A stretch of 63,713 nt of DNA, counting the filler, from Stramenopiles sp. TOSAG23-2 (taxonomy: Eukaryota), in the NCBI GenBank assembly GCA_900128395.1. It is 14 parts of 14 records of this genome, joined end to end, with 100 filler letters (N's around TTAATTAATTAA, not from the genome) between each part and the next. Parts side by side here need not be neighbours in the genome. Positions count along the whole stretch, not along the records: positions 1 to 5,027 come from LT650750.1; positions 5,128 to 10,153 come from LT650751.1; positions 10,254 to 15,266 come from LT650752.1; 11 more parts are not named here. One strand, 5' to 3'. Made by a program: the position numbers and the translations under genes. The notes under the pieces were generated by a model that saw only the letters and a program-made list of their open reading frames with translations, ran no database searches and was not told the origin of the DNA. Each line of letters opens with the position of its first letter. The first letter of the stretch is position 1. Positions 1 to 10,654 of the stretch are shown here, piece by piece.

Positions 1-996
1 TAACTTTGGATTATTTGCAATATGATTTGGTAAATTTTCATTTATCATCATCACGCCGTCGTCCTTCTTGTTTGTAGTACTACTATTATTATTATTATTA
101 TTATTATTATTTCCTTTCTTTGAGGATGCTGATGATTTATTTTTACTAGTAATGAATGAAAATATATATATAACATTGCGTTTTTCATCATTTTTAATAT
201 TAGGCCAATTTTGATTTGCATATTGATTTATTGTTTGATTTATTTCCTCCGTTTCTCTACAACGATTATCCATGATGATTTATTTTTACTAGTAATGAAT
301 GAAAATATATATATAACATTGCGTTTTTCATCATTTTTAATATTAGGCCAATTTTGATTTGCATATTGATTTATTGTTTGATTTATTTCCTCCGTTTCTC
401 TACAACGATTATCCAAATTACCATGATTTTTCATACCTAATAAACATTTCCCTGTTTCAATTTCTGTTACATATGGTTGCTCGTTAATTAATGGATTTAA
501 TAATATATTTTTTTTGGAATTATTATTGTTTAAACCATATAAATGAAATGGTATAATTTTTTCTTCATCAACGCAGTCTTTTAAATATTCATATGATACA
601 GCTAAAATACCAAAAGTATTACTACAAAGTTCCAATCGTTCATCACAATCGTCATCCTCCCAACCTTGAACTAAATAGTGTACTTTCTTTGATGGTGTTG
701 TAACAATTATTCCACCATGTTGAATTATTAATTTTTTACATTCTTCATTAAATTGATCTGTATACACATTGGATATAATAAATTTTTTTCCATGAAAAAT
801 ATTATTATTATTATTATTATTACTACTACTTAATTGCTTTTTTCCTTTCAATGGCGTTCTTTTTCGTTTTTTTGGCTGTATACACATTGGATATAATAAA
901 TTTTTTTCCATGAAAAATATTATTATTATTATTATTATTACTACTACTTAATTGCTTTTTTCCTTTCAATGGCGTTCTTTTTCGTTTTTTTGGCAT
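1..996 (-). CDS. BRCT-domain protein, 3'-truncated; frame broken by two exact tandem duplications
   Basis: IFHGKKFIIS...LIIQHGG...VHYLV...AVSYEYLKDCV resembles a BRCT domain. Collapsing the 118-bp and 143-bp duplications gives one ORF from ATG 996 (MPKKRKR, NLS-like) that stays open to the contig edge. Confidence 0.6.
130..415. repeat. Exact 143-bp tandem duplication
   Basis: 130-272 is identical to 273-415. Confidence 0.9.
758..993. repeat. Exact 118-bp tandem duplication
   Basis: 758-875 is identical to 876-993. Confidence 0.9.
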
Positions 997-2092
997 CTTG
1001 TAATTATGGGTGTTTCTTTTTTTTTATATGTAAATATATACTTTTTCTGTTCAACATTTATACTTTACCAACTTGCACAATGCAAATCTTACTCCATTTC
1101 TTTTTTTTAATAAAGATTTTTTCTTCTTTTTTTTAGTTTTTTTTTTTGGAAACAAAAATAATTGAGCGTATCGATAATAGTTAAGGTATTTCTAGATCTA
1201 GAAGTTTAAGTAATTTAAAACCAATCTTCATGTAAATAATGAAAAAATATAATACTTAAGACAACTTTAGTATATGAAAAAATATAGGAAAGAGGAAGGA
1301 TATAAATTTTGAGTCATGCGATGAAAAAATATAATGCTTGTACTTGACTCTATTAGAGTAGGATGAAAGTAGTTTTATAATATTGTACTTGTTACTATAT
1401 AAAATATGAAAATTACACATCAAACGAAGAAAAGATGTAAAAAGATCAAGATAATTGTGTAAAATGCAACATGATAATTAAGTACAATTATAGTATACTA
1501 AGGTATGTTCGTGTTTAATGAAGACATATTTGTTTTTAAAATGTCATGCATTAAATAAATAAAAGAAATGTACCTTGGGAAAATGTAAGAATTATCCCTA
1601 TCAAAAGGATCGAAAAAGCGATGTAATAAAAACATTTCCAAGAATTTAGTGCAACTCCACTATACACTTTTCACTTTTTCAATTATATTTGGAAATCTAG
1701 AAAAAAGCTTCCTTAAGAGTTAGTGAAAGCTAAATGAGGTCCCAGAGGTGGAAACGGCACGTGACCAACTCTGGAACTGTGTGGCCTGGTGTGTCGTGCT
1801 AAGTGAATTTGTGCGAAAAAATCGATTATTTATTATTCTTCGATTCTTCCACACGCACACACCAGCACAAGGGCCAGCACCAGTTTTTTATGAAGCCATT
1901 TTCAGCGCATATTTGCTCTAGCCCGCTAGCATGGAAATACCATCTCTTTTTTCATCTTCCTCAATCATTTCTAGCCATTTATTATATATTTCTTCTTCCA
2001 TACATATTTAATTATAAACAAAAAATAGGATGTACAGTGGAGATATGTAGAGGTACACACACGACAACGAAACAAAATAATAACACAACCCT

Positions 2093-2302
2093 AAGAAAAA
2101 CAATTAATGAACCATGCAGAATTTAATTGAATCGATAAAACAAGATAAGCGCCTACCCGTCACGGTCCTATCTGGATTTTTAGGTGCGGGAAAAACCAAG
2201 AAAAACAATTAATGAACCATGCAGAATTTAATTGAATCGATAAAACAAGATAAGCGCCTACCCGTCACGGTCCTATCTGGATTTTTAGGTGCGGGAAAAA
2301 CC
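2093..2302. repeat. Exact 105-bp tandem duplication of the CobW gene start
   Basis: 2093-2197 is identical to 2198-2302. Confidence 0.9.
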
Positions 2303-4390
2303 ACATTATTGACGCATGTATTGCAAAATCGTCAAGGTTTAAAAGTAGCACTTATTGTCAATGATATGGGTGATATTAATATTGACGCAGCACTATTACA
2401 AAACGGTGTTTCATTGAAACAAACTGAAGAAAGTATGATTGAACTATCAAATGGTTGTATATGTTGCACATTACGTGAAGACTTGTTAAAGGAAGTAGCT
2501 GCACTTGCTGCAGAGAATCGATTTGATTATTTACTTATTGAAAGTAGTGGTATTAGTGAACCATTACCTGTTGCGGAAACTTTTACTTTCAACGATGAAA
2601 AAGGTGTAAATCTATCAGACGTAGCAGTATTAGATACATTAGTTACTGTTATTGATGGACAATCGTTCATGGGTGAGTTAAAAACACTGGATTCATTGCG
2701 CACCAGAGGTTGGCACGCCGATGCAGAGGATGAACGTACGATTTCTCATTTACTTTGTGATCAAGTTGAGTTTGCGAATGTTATCGTATTGAATAAATGT
2801 GATCTTATCGATGAGAAGCAAAAAGGTACTGTACGTGCACTTTTACGTAAATTTAATCCAGAAGCAAAAATAATTGAAACTACCAGGGGACTATTGGATC
2901 CAACAGCTATTTTAGGGACAAAATTATTTTCCATGGAAGAAGCGGAGAAGCATGATGAATGGCTTAAAGAGGCAAGAATTGGTGAACATGTTCCAGAATC
3001 AATTGAATATGGGATACATTCATTTACATTTAAATCGTTTCGACCTATGCACCCAGCACGGCTTCAAGAAGCGTTGGATATGATGGCTCAAAGAAAAGCA
3101 CCGTATGATACTTTGCTTCGAGGGAAAGGATTTGCATGGCTTGCCACGCAGCATGATACGCAAGCTATTTTTGCACTTGCTGGCCGACAGTATGCACTTG
3201 ATCCGGGTCCAGTATGGTATGCAACTATACCAAAAAAACATTGGCCTGAAAAAATAAAAGAAACAATTACTCCTCTTTGGCATGAGCCATATGGTGATCG
3301 ACAACAAGCGCTTGTGATGATAGGCCAGCAAATGGATGTCGCAGCAATTACAGCTGCATTGGAGAAATGTCTTGTAACGGAGGAGGAATTTGCAAAAGGA
3401 CCAGATGGTTGGAAATCTTTAGAGGATCCATTTGCGCCAGAACAATGTAAAATGGGTACAGAGCCTAGGGAAGAATTAGCAAAAGCTCAATACAATGCTG
3501 GCTTAATGCATGAAAATGGTGAAGGTGGTGTGGAAAAAGATATGAAAAAAGCATTTGAGTTCTTTAAAAGTGCAGCAGAGTTAGGCAATCCAATGGCCCA
3601 GTACAACCTTGCATCATATTATGAAAATGGAGAAGGGGTGATTAAGGATATGAAAAAAGCATTTGAATGGTATTCAAAAGCAGCAGATCAAGGAGATGCA
3701 GAGGCCCAACATAATGTTGCGCTCTGTTATGAAAATGGAGATGGGGTTGAACAGGATTTGAACAAAGCATTTGAGTTTTATTCCAAAGCAGCTGAACAAG
3801 GAGATGTTGCAGCACAAGTAAGTGTTGCAGATATCTACATGAGTGGCAATGGCATTGAAAAAGATGCTACAAAAGCGGTGGACTGGTACATTAAAGCAGC
3901 AGAGCAAGGAGATGCAATTGCGCAATCTAATCTTGCGATGTTATATGAAAATGGTGATGGCGTGGAGAAAGATATGAAAAAAGCATTTCAGTGGTACTCT
4001 AAAGCAGCTGACCAAGGAATTCCAGTAGCACAATACAATCTTGCCTCATTCTATGAAAATGGTGATGGTGTGGAAAAGAATTTAGAAAAAGCATTTGAAT
4101 TATATAGCAACGCAGCAGACGAAGGTGATATTGATGCTCAATATACCCTTGCACAATGTTATGAGCATGGAAAGGGCTGTAAAACAGACGTTAAAAAAGC
4201 AATTGAAATATATAAAGAAATTGTTGAATCTGATGATGTTGATTTTAAAGACGATGCATTAGCTGATTTGAAACGATTAAATGCCGATGAAGATAATAAT
4301 AATAGTAATGTTAGTAATACGCCTCGTAGTAAGAAGCGATCAAGTAAAGACAGTATAGACGCAGTTTCCTCAAAAAAGCAAAAAAAGTAA
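2219..4390 (+). CDS. COG0523/CobW-family metallochaperone GTPase fused to Sel1-like repeats
   Basis: [33 protein letters not shown] and a CobW_C-like region (LRGKGFAWL...[12 protein letters not shown]), followed by about seven 36-aa Sel1 repeats ([33 protein letters not shown]). Confidence 0.9.
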   Translation: MQNLIESIKQDKRLPVTVLSGFLGAGKTTLLTHVLQNRQGLKVALIVNDMGDINIDAALLQNGVSLKQTEESMIELSNGCICCTLREDLLKEVAALAAENRFDYLLIESSGISEPLPVAETFTFNDEKGVNLSDVAVLDTLVTVIDGQSFMGELKTLDSLRTRGWHADAEDERTISHLLCDQVEFANVIVLNKCDLIDEKQKGTVRALLRKFNPEAKIIETTRGLLDPTAILGTKLFSMEEAEKHDEWLKEARIGEHVPESIEYGIHSFTFKSFRPMHPARLQEALDMMAQRKAPYDTLLRGKGFAWLATQHDTQAIFALAGRQYALDPGPVWYATIPKKHWPEKIKETITPLWHEPYGDRQQALVMIGQQMDVAAITAALEKCLVTEEEFAKGPDGWKSLEDPFAPEQCKMGTEPREELAKAQYNAGLMHENGEGGVEKDMKKAFEFFKSAAELGNPMAQYNLASYYENGEGVIKDMKKAFEWYSKAADQGDAEAQHNVALCYENGDGVEQDLNKAFEFYSKAAEQGDVAAQVSVADIYMSGNGIEKDATKAVDWYIKAAEQGDAIAQSNLAMLYENGDGVEKDMKKAFQWYSKAADQGIPVAQYNLASFYENGDGVEKNLEKAFELYSNAADEGDIDAQYTLAQCYEHGKGCKTDVKKAIEIYKEIVESDDVDFKDDALADLKRLNADEDNNNSNVSNTPRSKKRSSKDSIDAVSSKKQKK

Positions 4391-4756
4391 AGGAAAAAAA
4401 AACCTAGTGTGTGTGTGTGCATAAAAATGTAAAAATAAAAATAAATATAAAAATATTATAAAATTTAAAAAAAAAATATTTTTTTAATATTTTCATGTGT
4501 GTGTGTATTAATAAATATTACGTTCGTAATTAATACGAGTATTTTTTCATAAATCGTGTGGTATAATATATTTTAATAAAATATATATATATACGTATTA
4601 TATTTTTCAAAATTAAAAGTAACACACTACAAAAAAATCTCAAAATTTTTTATGACACACGCTAATATCTCTAGTAAAATTTACGAAGTTCGTAAACATT
4701 ATATATGATGCATTTTACCATACTCCCCCATATTTGATGATATAGATTCTAATTTA

Positions 4757-5027
4757 CTATCGCTGACCACCATACTTTAATCGAAGATCAACTGCAACAA
4801 AAAATTCTATAATTACTTTATGAGTAGGGCTTCTAGCTGCATAAACTTTTTTTTTTTTCTCATCAAATATTAATTGTATGCCACCTTGTACAAATTTAAT
4901 TAATTCTTCCGGTTCAATCGCAGCATTTCCATCTTGATCAATGCTTTGTAAAATTTCTGTACATATTTTTACAGACACGTCATGTTTTGTAAACGCTTCA
5001 ATCATATTTCGAGCTTCTATTGGATTT
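4757..5027 (-). CDS. C-terminal fragment of an EF-hand protein
   Basis: EF-hand loop IDQDGNAAIEPEEL; lies at the contig edge. Confidence 0.55.
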
Positions 5028-5127
5028 NNNNNNNNNNNNNNNNNNNNNNNNNNNNNNNNNNNNNNNNNNNNTTAATTAATTAANNNNNNNNNNNNNNNNN
5101 NNNNNNNNNNNNNNNNNNNNNNNNNNN
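5028..5127. other. Artificial contig linker (N-run, TTAATTAATTAA, N-run). Same linker at 10154, 15267, 20377, 25485, 30587, 35684, 40775, 45865, 50950, 56024, 61098 and 62406
   Basis: Identical 100-nt spacers with stops in all six frames. Confidence 0.98.
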
Positions 5128-5288
5128 ACGAATAGAGATAAAACTGAATCATAATTCAGAAGAAAAATACATTTGATTGCCTATAGGGATTGACATTATT
5201 GAACTGTTGTCTGTGCAGTAGTAGTAACATAGGTGCAGATTAGACAAAAAATACAAAATATAATACCAGAAATTGTTTTTAAAAATAT

Positions 5289-5498
5289 ATGCAAAGAAAC
5301 ATTAAGACAACATTTGTATTGATTACACACAATTCAGATGACAGTCCATCAGAACAATATATTCAACTTATACTAGAAAACAAATATGTATTAACATGGT
5401 ATGCACAAAATGCTAATCATGAACAAATAAAACCAATACCAATTGGAATTGCAAACAAAAAATATGAACATGGCAATGTTAAAAAGGCCAAATTTTAA
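5289..5498 (+). pseudogene. Fragment of a glycosyltransferase-like gene
   Basis: FVLITHNSD...WYAQNA...IPIGIAN resembles uncharacterised exostosin-like GTs of algae and giant viruses; short and ends just before the hairpin elements. Confidence 0.4.
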
Positions 5499-5559
5499 TA
5501 CAAAGTGGCATGATATTGGAATGTTTCAAAATAAAGGATTTACAGTGTACACTGAAGTG

Positions 5560-5730
5560 TACGATAATGCTATTTAAGCCTAGGTCCATGCTATTTCCTT
5601 AGTACGATTTTAAATGTGCATGTGACGGAATCTGAAAAAAAAAAAAAAAAAAAATCAAACTCCGTGACACGCAAGTTTAAAATGCTAATATAGAAATAGC
5701 ACTGACCTAGGCTGTAATAGCATTAGTGAT
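5560..5730. mobile_element. MITE-like hairpin element, copy 1 (degenerate)
   Basis: Inverted arms TAATGCTATT..AGCCTAGGTC..TGCTATTTC and GAAATAGCA..GACCTAGGCT..AATAGCATTA around a poly-A core. Confidence 0.55.
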
Positions 5731-5744
5731 ATTCTAGTTAGGGT

Positions 5745-5915
5745 TACGACAGTGCTATTTAAGCCTAGCTCCCTGCTATTTCCTTAGTACGATTTTAAAT
5801 GTGCATGCGACGGAATTTGAAAAAAAAAAAAAAAAAAATTCTCGGACCGTGACATGCACATTTAAAACGGTAGCATAGGAATAACAGGGAGCTAGGCTTA
5901 AATAGCATTGTCGTA
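5745..5915. mobile_element. MITE-like hairpin element, copy 2
   Basis: Near-perfect TIRs: TACGACAGTGCTATTTAAGCCTAGCTCCCTG and CAGGGAGCTAGGCTTAAATAGCATTGTCGTA; poly-A core. Confidence 0.65.
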
Positions 5916-6466
5916 CTCTTATCGGTCAATAAAATAGACGGGGAAAATAGCTAAATTCAGATGCTATTTTCATAATAGATGATCGATAATGCTATTACGG
6001 CGTAATTAAATTGGCTCCAAGTTCGAAACAAAAACAGTCGATGCAGAGGATTCCAAGGTGGTTCTAAAAAATCTATATATGGATTTCCAATTGGCATTAA
6101 AACTCGTAAAATTGCTTCTTATACACACAACAGTGATTCAGGGTCCTATAAACGGCCTTGAAATATTAACCACAGGTACCTTTGTGATTTAATTTTTGTA
6201 ATCTAGGCATAATTTCTTTATGCTTTCATATGAACCATATTTAAAAAGGACAATATTTTTTTGGCCAAGGTGGTAATGATGTTGCAAAGAATTATGATGT
6301 TATTGCTTTTAATAGCAGGAAAAGGTTGAAGCATACAATTTATATACGTATTATGAAACACGTGCCAAACTTTAGAGAGTCAAAAGATACTCACCATTGA
6401 TGGTGTGAGGAAAAAAGGCTGGTTTATTAAAGTAAAGCGATTCGGAAGATTTAAATAAACGTAGTA

Positions 6467-6536
6467 GTCATAAATAAAAAGTAATATGACATTATTTGAA
6501 GCTTCGTCATAAATAAAAAGTAATATGACATTATTT
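6467..6536. repeat. Two 31-bp direct repeats, each with a GTCATA-N12-TATGAC dyad
   Basis: 6467-6497 is identical to 6506-6536. Confidence 0.8.
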
Positions 6537-6669
6537 AACCTTTTCCTCTTTTTTGCTCCACATTTGTTTTACAGATAGTGAAAAAAAAAACAACAAACAG
6601 AACAATTAATTACCTTAAACTTTTAAAATTACAATTCGAAAAACGAAAACAATAAACAAATAATATCAG

Positions 6670-6987
6670 ATGCCAAAATCAAAACCAAGAAACAAATTGA
6701 CATTTTCACACAAATTCAGGAATGTTATAAAACACCGAACAGCTGCTGATGTCACACTTAAAACACTCAATGCTATGTGCAAGTACTTAACTTCTTTATC
6801 AAAAGAAGAGCAACTGCGTCAAAAGGCAACTATCTTAAAAACAATTGCAACATATTGGAAAATAAATGAGCACGGGCCTTTAAATCTCCCACCGGATCTA
6901 AATGCAGAAACGTTTCATTACAACTTGTACATAGGCCCTAACAATCCTGTAGAAACTAAGTCTAAGACCGCACAAACTTTGCTTTAA
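6670..6987 (+). CDS. Small basic hypothetical protein
   Basis: 105-aa ATG ORF with plausible composition, convergent with the large orphan. Confidence 0.45.
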   Translation: MPKSKPRNKLTFSHKFRNVIKHRTAADVTLKTLNAMCKYLTSLSKEEQLRQKATILKTIATYWKINEHGPLNLPPDLNAETFHYNLYIGPNNPVETKSKTAQTLL

Positions 6988-7285
6988 ATAAATATTCTGA
7001 TGATAATACTTTATAATTTTAATACTCTATTATAATTTAAAAACTCATCCCCGAATTGTAAATTAATAATTTTAAGTCTATATGAACATCATTTCATACT
7101 TTGTAAAAACACACGAAGACCACCATTTCATCTTCACACATACATTTCCATGTTCTCAAAATCATTCTGACATGATGGATCAAGCTTAATGCAAGGCACC
7201 AACCTACCCATAATGTCAATAGCTGCAGGTACCTCAACGTAGAGCTGAATGAATATACTCGTCACAATGTTCCGAATCCGGGGTA

Positions 7286-10153
7286 TTACAACGATGATAA
7301 TGACGACGCAGCTGTTTTCTTCCTCTTTTTTTTTGGGCTCAAACAACATCTTTCAGCAGCGCGCTTGACCAAGTGAACAGCATTGCATATTGTTCCTCTG
7401 TCGTTGTTTTTCCATTTTTTTCCCCACAATATTCCAGCTTCTTGCATTTCTCGTTGAAGCTCTTCATAATACAATTTGAAAGATTCGTTTTGATTGATTT
7501 CTGCATCTTTTTTCAATTCATTCATAGTATTACGAATTTCTGTATGAAACGAAAAATATCGAACCTGAGCATTCTGTTCAACAATCGACAAGTTTGCCAT
7601 CGAGCCACATCTATCTTTTAAACTACCTTCGGGATTAACAATCGGTGTCACGAAGTTTGTCGGCAACAATCCATCAGCAGTTGGCTTTACATAAGGATTA
7701 CTTGAAAAACGGTCAAGCTTCTTACTCCGATAATCTTCTCGTACTTCAAAGCGAGCAAAACTCGGGTTATGCAACTGTGCAAATGTACGAAGCTTCTCTG
7801 ATTTAAAAACCGTATAAGAATTCAACACCACTTTTTCATTGTCGTGATCCTCGTGTCTTAAAACATCGGCTTTTATATTGTTTAACAAAGCTATCGCTCG
7901 GCTACAACCTCTTAGTCTTTCCATAATGTGGTTACAAGACAACAACTTTAGAACGCCAGATCCATATCTTCCGAGGAATTTAAACTCCAACTTACAATGC
8001 TCCGCGACAAGCTTCAAATGCTCTGAAATTTTGCCATTATAAAAATACTCCAAATCTTTACCAAAATGCTTCTCATTGAGACGTATCGGTGTGCCATGTA
8101 GACCAGAATTTATAATTTGCTTCAACATAGAATTCAATAACTGCATTGAGTCATGGATTACCGATTGTGTTGTATTTTTTGTATAGAATAGACAACATGC
8201 TTGTTTGCGCGGCTTGTTAGGCGATGGCATTGTCTTTAGCGCCGTGGTAGTACGCTTACCATCAATGTCAATTTCAACATTCATGCTAGACAAATGTTTG
8301 TTTACGTTGGACGCAACACCTGCTGTCCAAGAATTTGCCTTCATAAATGATTTGTCTAGAAGATCATTTTCGTTAACTTTAATCCAAGCCTCTTCACCAT
8401 CAACAGGAATAATTGGTGAAATGTAATGCTTTGAACCATGGTCATACAAAGGATACATAAAGGGAAATTGATGGCATTTTAAAAGCCGATGCCAGTCTTT
8501 TTTCTCGCCTATTGCCGAAATGTATCCTGAGATATACCACCTAGGTTCAGAATTCAAATGTGTCACTTCATGATCAGTCAAAATATGGTAAGCTTTGAAT
8601 ATTTGTGGCAGCAAATCCACTAAATGTTTTTTCTGCAACAATTCTTGACCTTCGATATCAACGTCTTTACCATCTGGTTTTAAACTTCTTTTTTTTGAAT
8701 GCGAAATTCGGACACGATAGTCCAGAGAACCAGTGCCAGTTCTAATAATATCGATTACATGATTGATTTCTGGGATATTTGGAATTTGAATTCGTTTATC
8801 AAAATCTGTTTTTGAAATGATATTCACAATCAAACATGTCGTCTGTCGTGTCGAAAACCATTTTGCTAACATCACAGGCAAAAGTATTTGCATATAATGC
8901 GCATTTACTAGATCATCAGAAATCAAATATCTTTGCTCCAATAGCATCTCAATCACCGGATCCAAAGTGTCACCAACTAATGTCGGATCCCCATCATTTA
9001 ATTTTGGTTTCATATTTGTCGAATTTATTTTTGCGACAGAATAACTTGCAATTAAATACCGAATCCATTTAAGGGTACATCTTTCTGATAACAACAGTTC
9101 ACAAAAATGTATCCAGTTTTTGATTGGTATCAACGGAAATATCTTTTTTCGTAGTTGCCAAAGAGGGAATAACGCTTCGTAAGTTTTTGGATCTCCTACT
9201 TTCTGATAAAAAGCTGGAACAGTATTCCGAATCTGCTTTTCAAATCGAATCGGCGAGTCAAATGGTACTGTTTGATTTTGATCGATTAACCTTTTGAAGT
9301 CACTTAGAGTCGCCCCAGTATAATTTGTCAATAAAGTTACTTCTTCTTTCGTCTCCTTATCAATTGTAATAGGATTTGGTAATTTGCGAAGCCCGTTACG
9401 CATTTTAATCTTCCTTGTCTCAAACATTATGTCATATAATTCATTAATGACGTTGTTCGTATGTTGTAGTTTTTCCATATACGCAACACACTTAAGCGCG
9501 ATCACCAGCTTCTTTGCTTTCATAGCGATACTTTCGCCTGCTACACCGGCAACATCCAAATGAAATGTATTCCCAACAGCCTCGGCAGCTATGATTTCTT
9601 CAGGGTCTACGTTGTCAAACAATTCACTTAATTTAGAAGCAATTCGAATATTTTCATTTTCCTTAGCTTGATTGGAATCCGCGTAAGCTAACAAGTCTTG
9701 TAAATATTTTTTTAACCTTGAACACTGACTACTGGCGATAGTACCTTCCGGCAAGGAGTCAATAATTTTTATATAATCGTTTAAAGAATATATGCTTAGC
9801 TTCTTAAAACGTCTCGCATTAAATGACGAAACTTCAGCTATAAGCATTGCACGCATTTTCTTGCTAAGGTCAGAATAGTAATTGTTTCCCCGCTCCAGTT
9901 TCAACATTTTGTCAGCCCTCTTTACTTCATTTCTTGCTTCGTCATGAAGCTCAAAATGGCAAACATATATACCAACGCCATCATAGAAAGCAGCAAATGT
10001 CGGTTTTCCAACGCAATTTCTTATCACTGCAATTTCATTTCTGTTCTTAGTTTTTAGTTTTTCTGTTGGTGCGTCAAATGCATTAAGCGAGGAAAACTTT
10101 GTTAAAAACAATATCATCGACGAGTCTTTATATGGAGTAGCTTCGATTACCGC
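7286..10153 (-). CDS. Large orphan protein (>943 aa, probably 5'-truncated); possibly a divergent tyrosine recombinase
   Basis: Uninterrupted ORF that stays open to the contig end; lacks the poly-Asn tracts of many host genes; weak ordered YR-like motifs. Confidence is for the ORF, not the function. Confidence 0.75.
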   Translation of the reverse strand, partial: AVIEATPYKDSSMILFLTKFSSLNAFDAPTEKLKTKNRNEIAVIRNCVGKPTFAAFYDGVGIYVCHFELHDEARNEVKRADKMLKLERGNNYYSDLSKKMRAMLIAEVSSFNARRFKKLSIYSLNDYIKIIDSLPEGTIASSQCSRLKKYLQDLLAYADSNQAKENENIRIASKLSELFDNVDPEEIIAAEAVGNTFHLDVAGVAGESIAMKAKKLVIALKCVAYMEKLQHTNNVINELYDIMFETRKIKMRNGLRKLPNPITIDKETKEEVTLLTNYTGATLSDFKRLIDQNQTVPFDSPIRFEKQIRNTVPAFYQKVGDPKTYEALFPLWQLRKKIFPLIPIKNWIHFCELLLSERCTLKWIRYLIASYSVAKINSTNMKPKLNDGDPTLVGDTLDPVIEMLLEQRYLISDDLVNAHYMQILLPVMLAKWFSTRQTTCLIVNIISKTDFDKRIQIPNIPEINHVIDIIRTGTGSLDYRVRISHSKKRSLKPDGKDVDIEGQELLQKKHLVDLLPQIFKAYHILTDHEVTHLNSEPRWYISGYISAIGEKKDWHRLLKCHQFPFMYPLYDHGSKHYISPIIPVDGEEAWIKVNENDLLDKSFMKANSWTAGVASNVNKHLSSMNVEIDIDGKRTTTALKTMPSPNKPRKQACCLFYTKNTTQSVIHDSMQLLNSMLKQIINSGLHGTPIRLNEKHFGKDLEYFYNGKISEHLKLVAEHCKLEFKFLGRYGSGVLKLLSCNHIMERLRGCSRAIALLNNIKADVLRHEDHDNEKVVLNSYTVFKSEKLRTFAQLHNPSFARFEVREDYRSKKLDRFSSNPYVKPTADGLLPTNFVTPIVNPEGSLKDRCGSMANLSIVEQNAQVRYFSFHTEIRNTMNELKKDAEINQNESFKLYYEELQREMQEAGILWGKKWKNNDRGTICNAVHLVKRAAERCCLSPKKKRKKTAASSLSSL

Positions 10154-10654
10154 NNNNNNNNNNNNNNNNNNNNNNNNNNNNNNNNNNNNNNNNNNNNTTA
10201 ATTAATTAANNNNNNNNNNNNNNNNNNNNNNNNNNNNNNNNNNNNNNNNNNNNTATTATAGTTTTCTTAATTTGTTTTTAGCATATATTTGACCTTAATT
10301 TATGCATGCTATGATTTACTATGCCCTTCACTAGTGTTCTGACGATCCTTCCTATATGTAATGGTATAACCATAATAAAAAAACGAGGAAAAAACAGAAA
10401 ATAGAAAAAAAAGGAGGGCAATCTGGGAATAAATAGCAAATGTTGCAAATTGCAAATAGCAATAAATATAACTACAGAGTAAATAATAAATAATCAATAC
10501 TACTAATATAAACAATACAAAAATAATCTATATACTTTTGCTGCAAACAAAACGAATTCATATAGACGAATTAAACGTTCTCTGGATTATTGTGTCTAGT
10601 AGTTTTAATTTGATATTTTTTTTTAAACAAACTCAGAATTCTACACTCTACAAT

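Noticed and set aside
5738-5746. TTAGGGTTA telomere-like motif
   Set aside because: Only about 1.5 units; not an array
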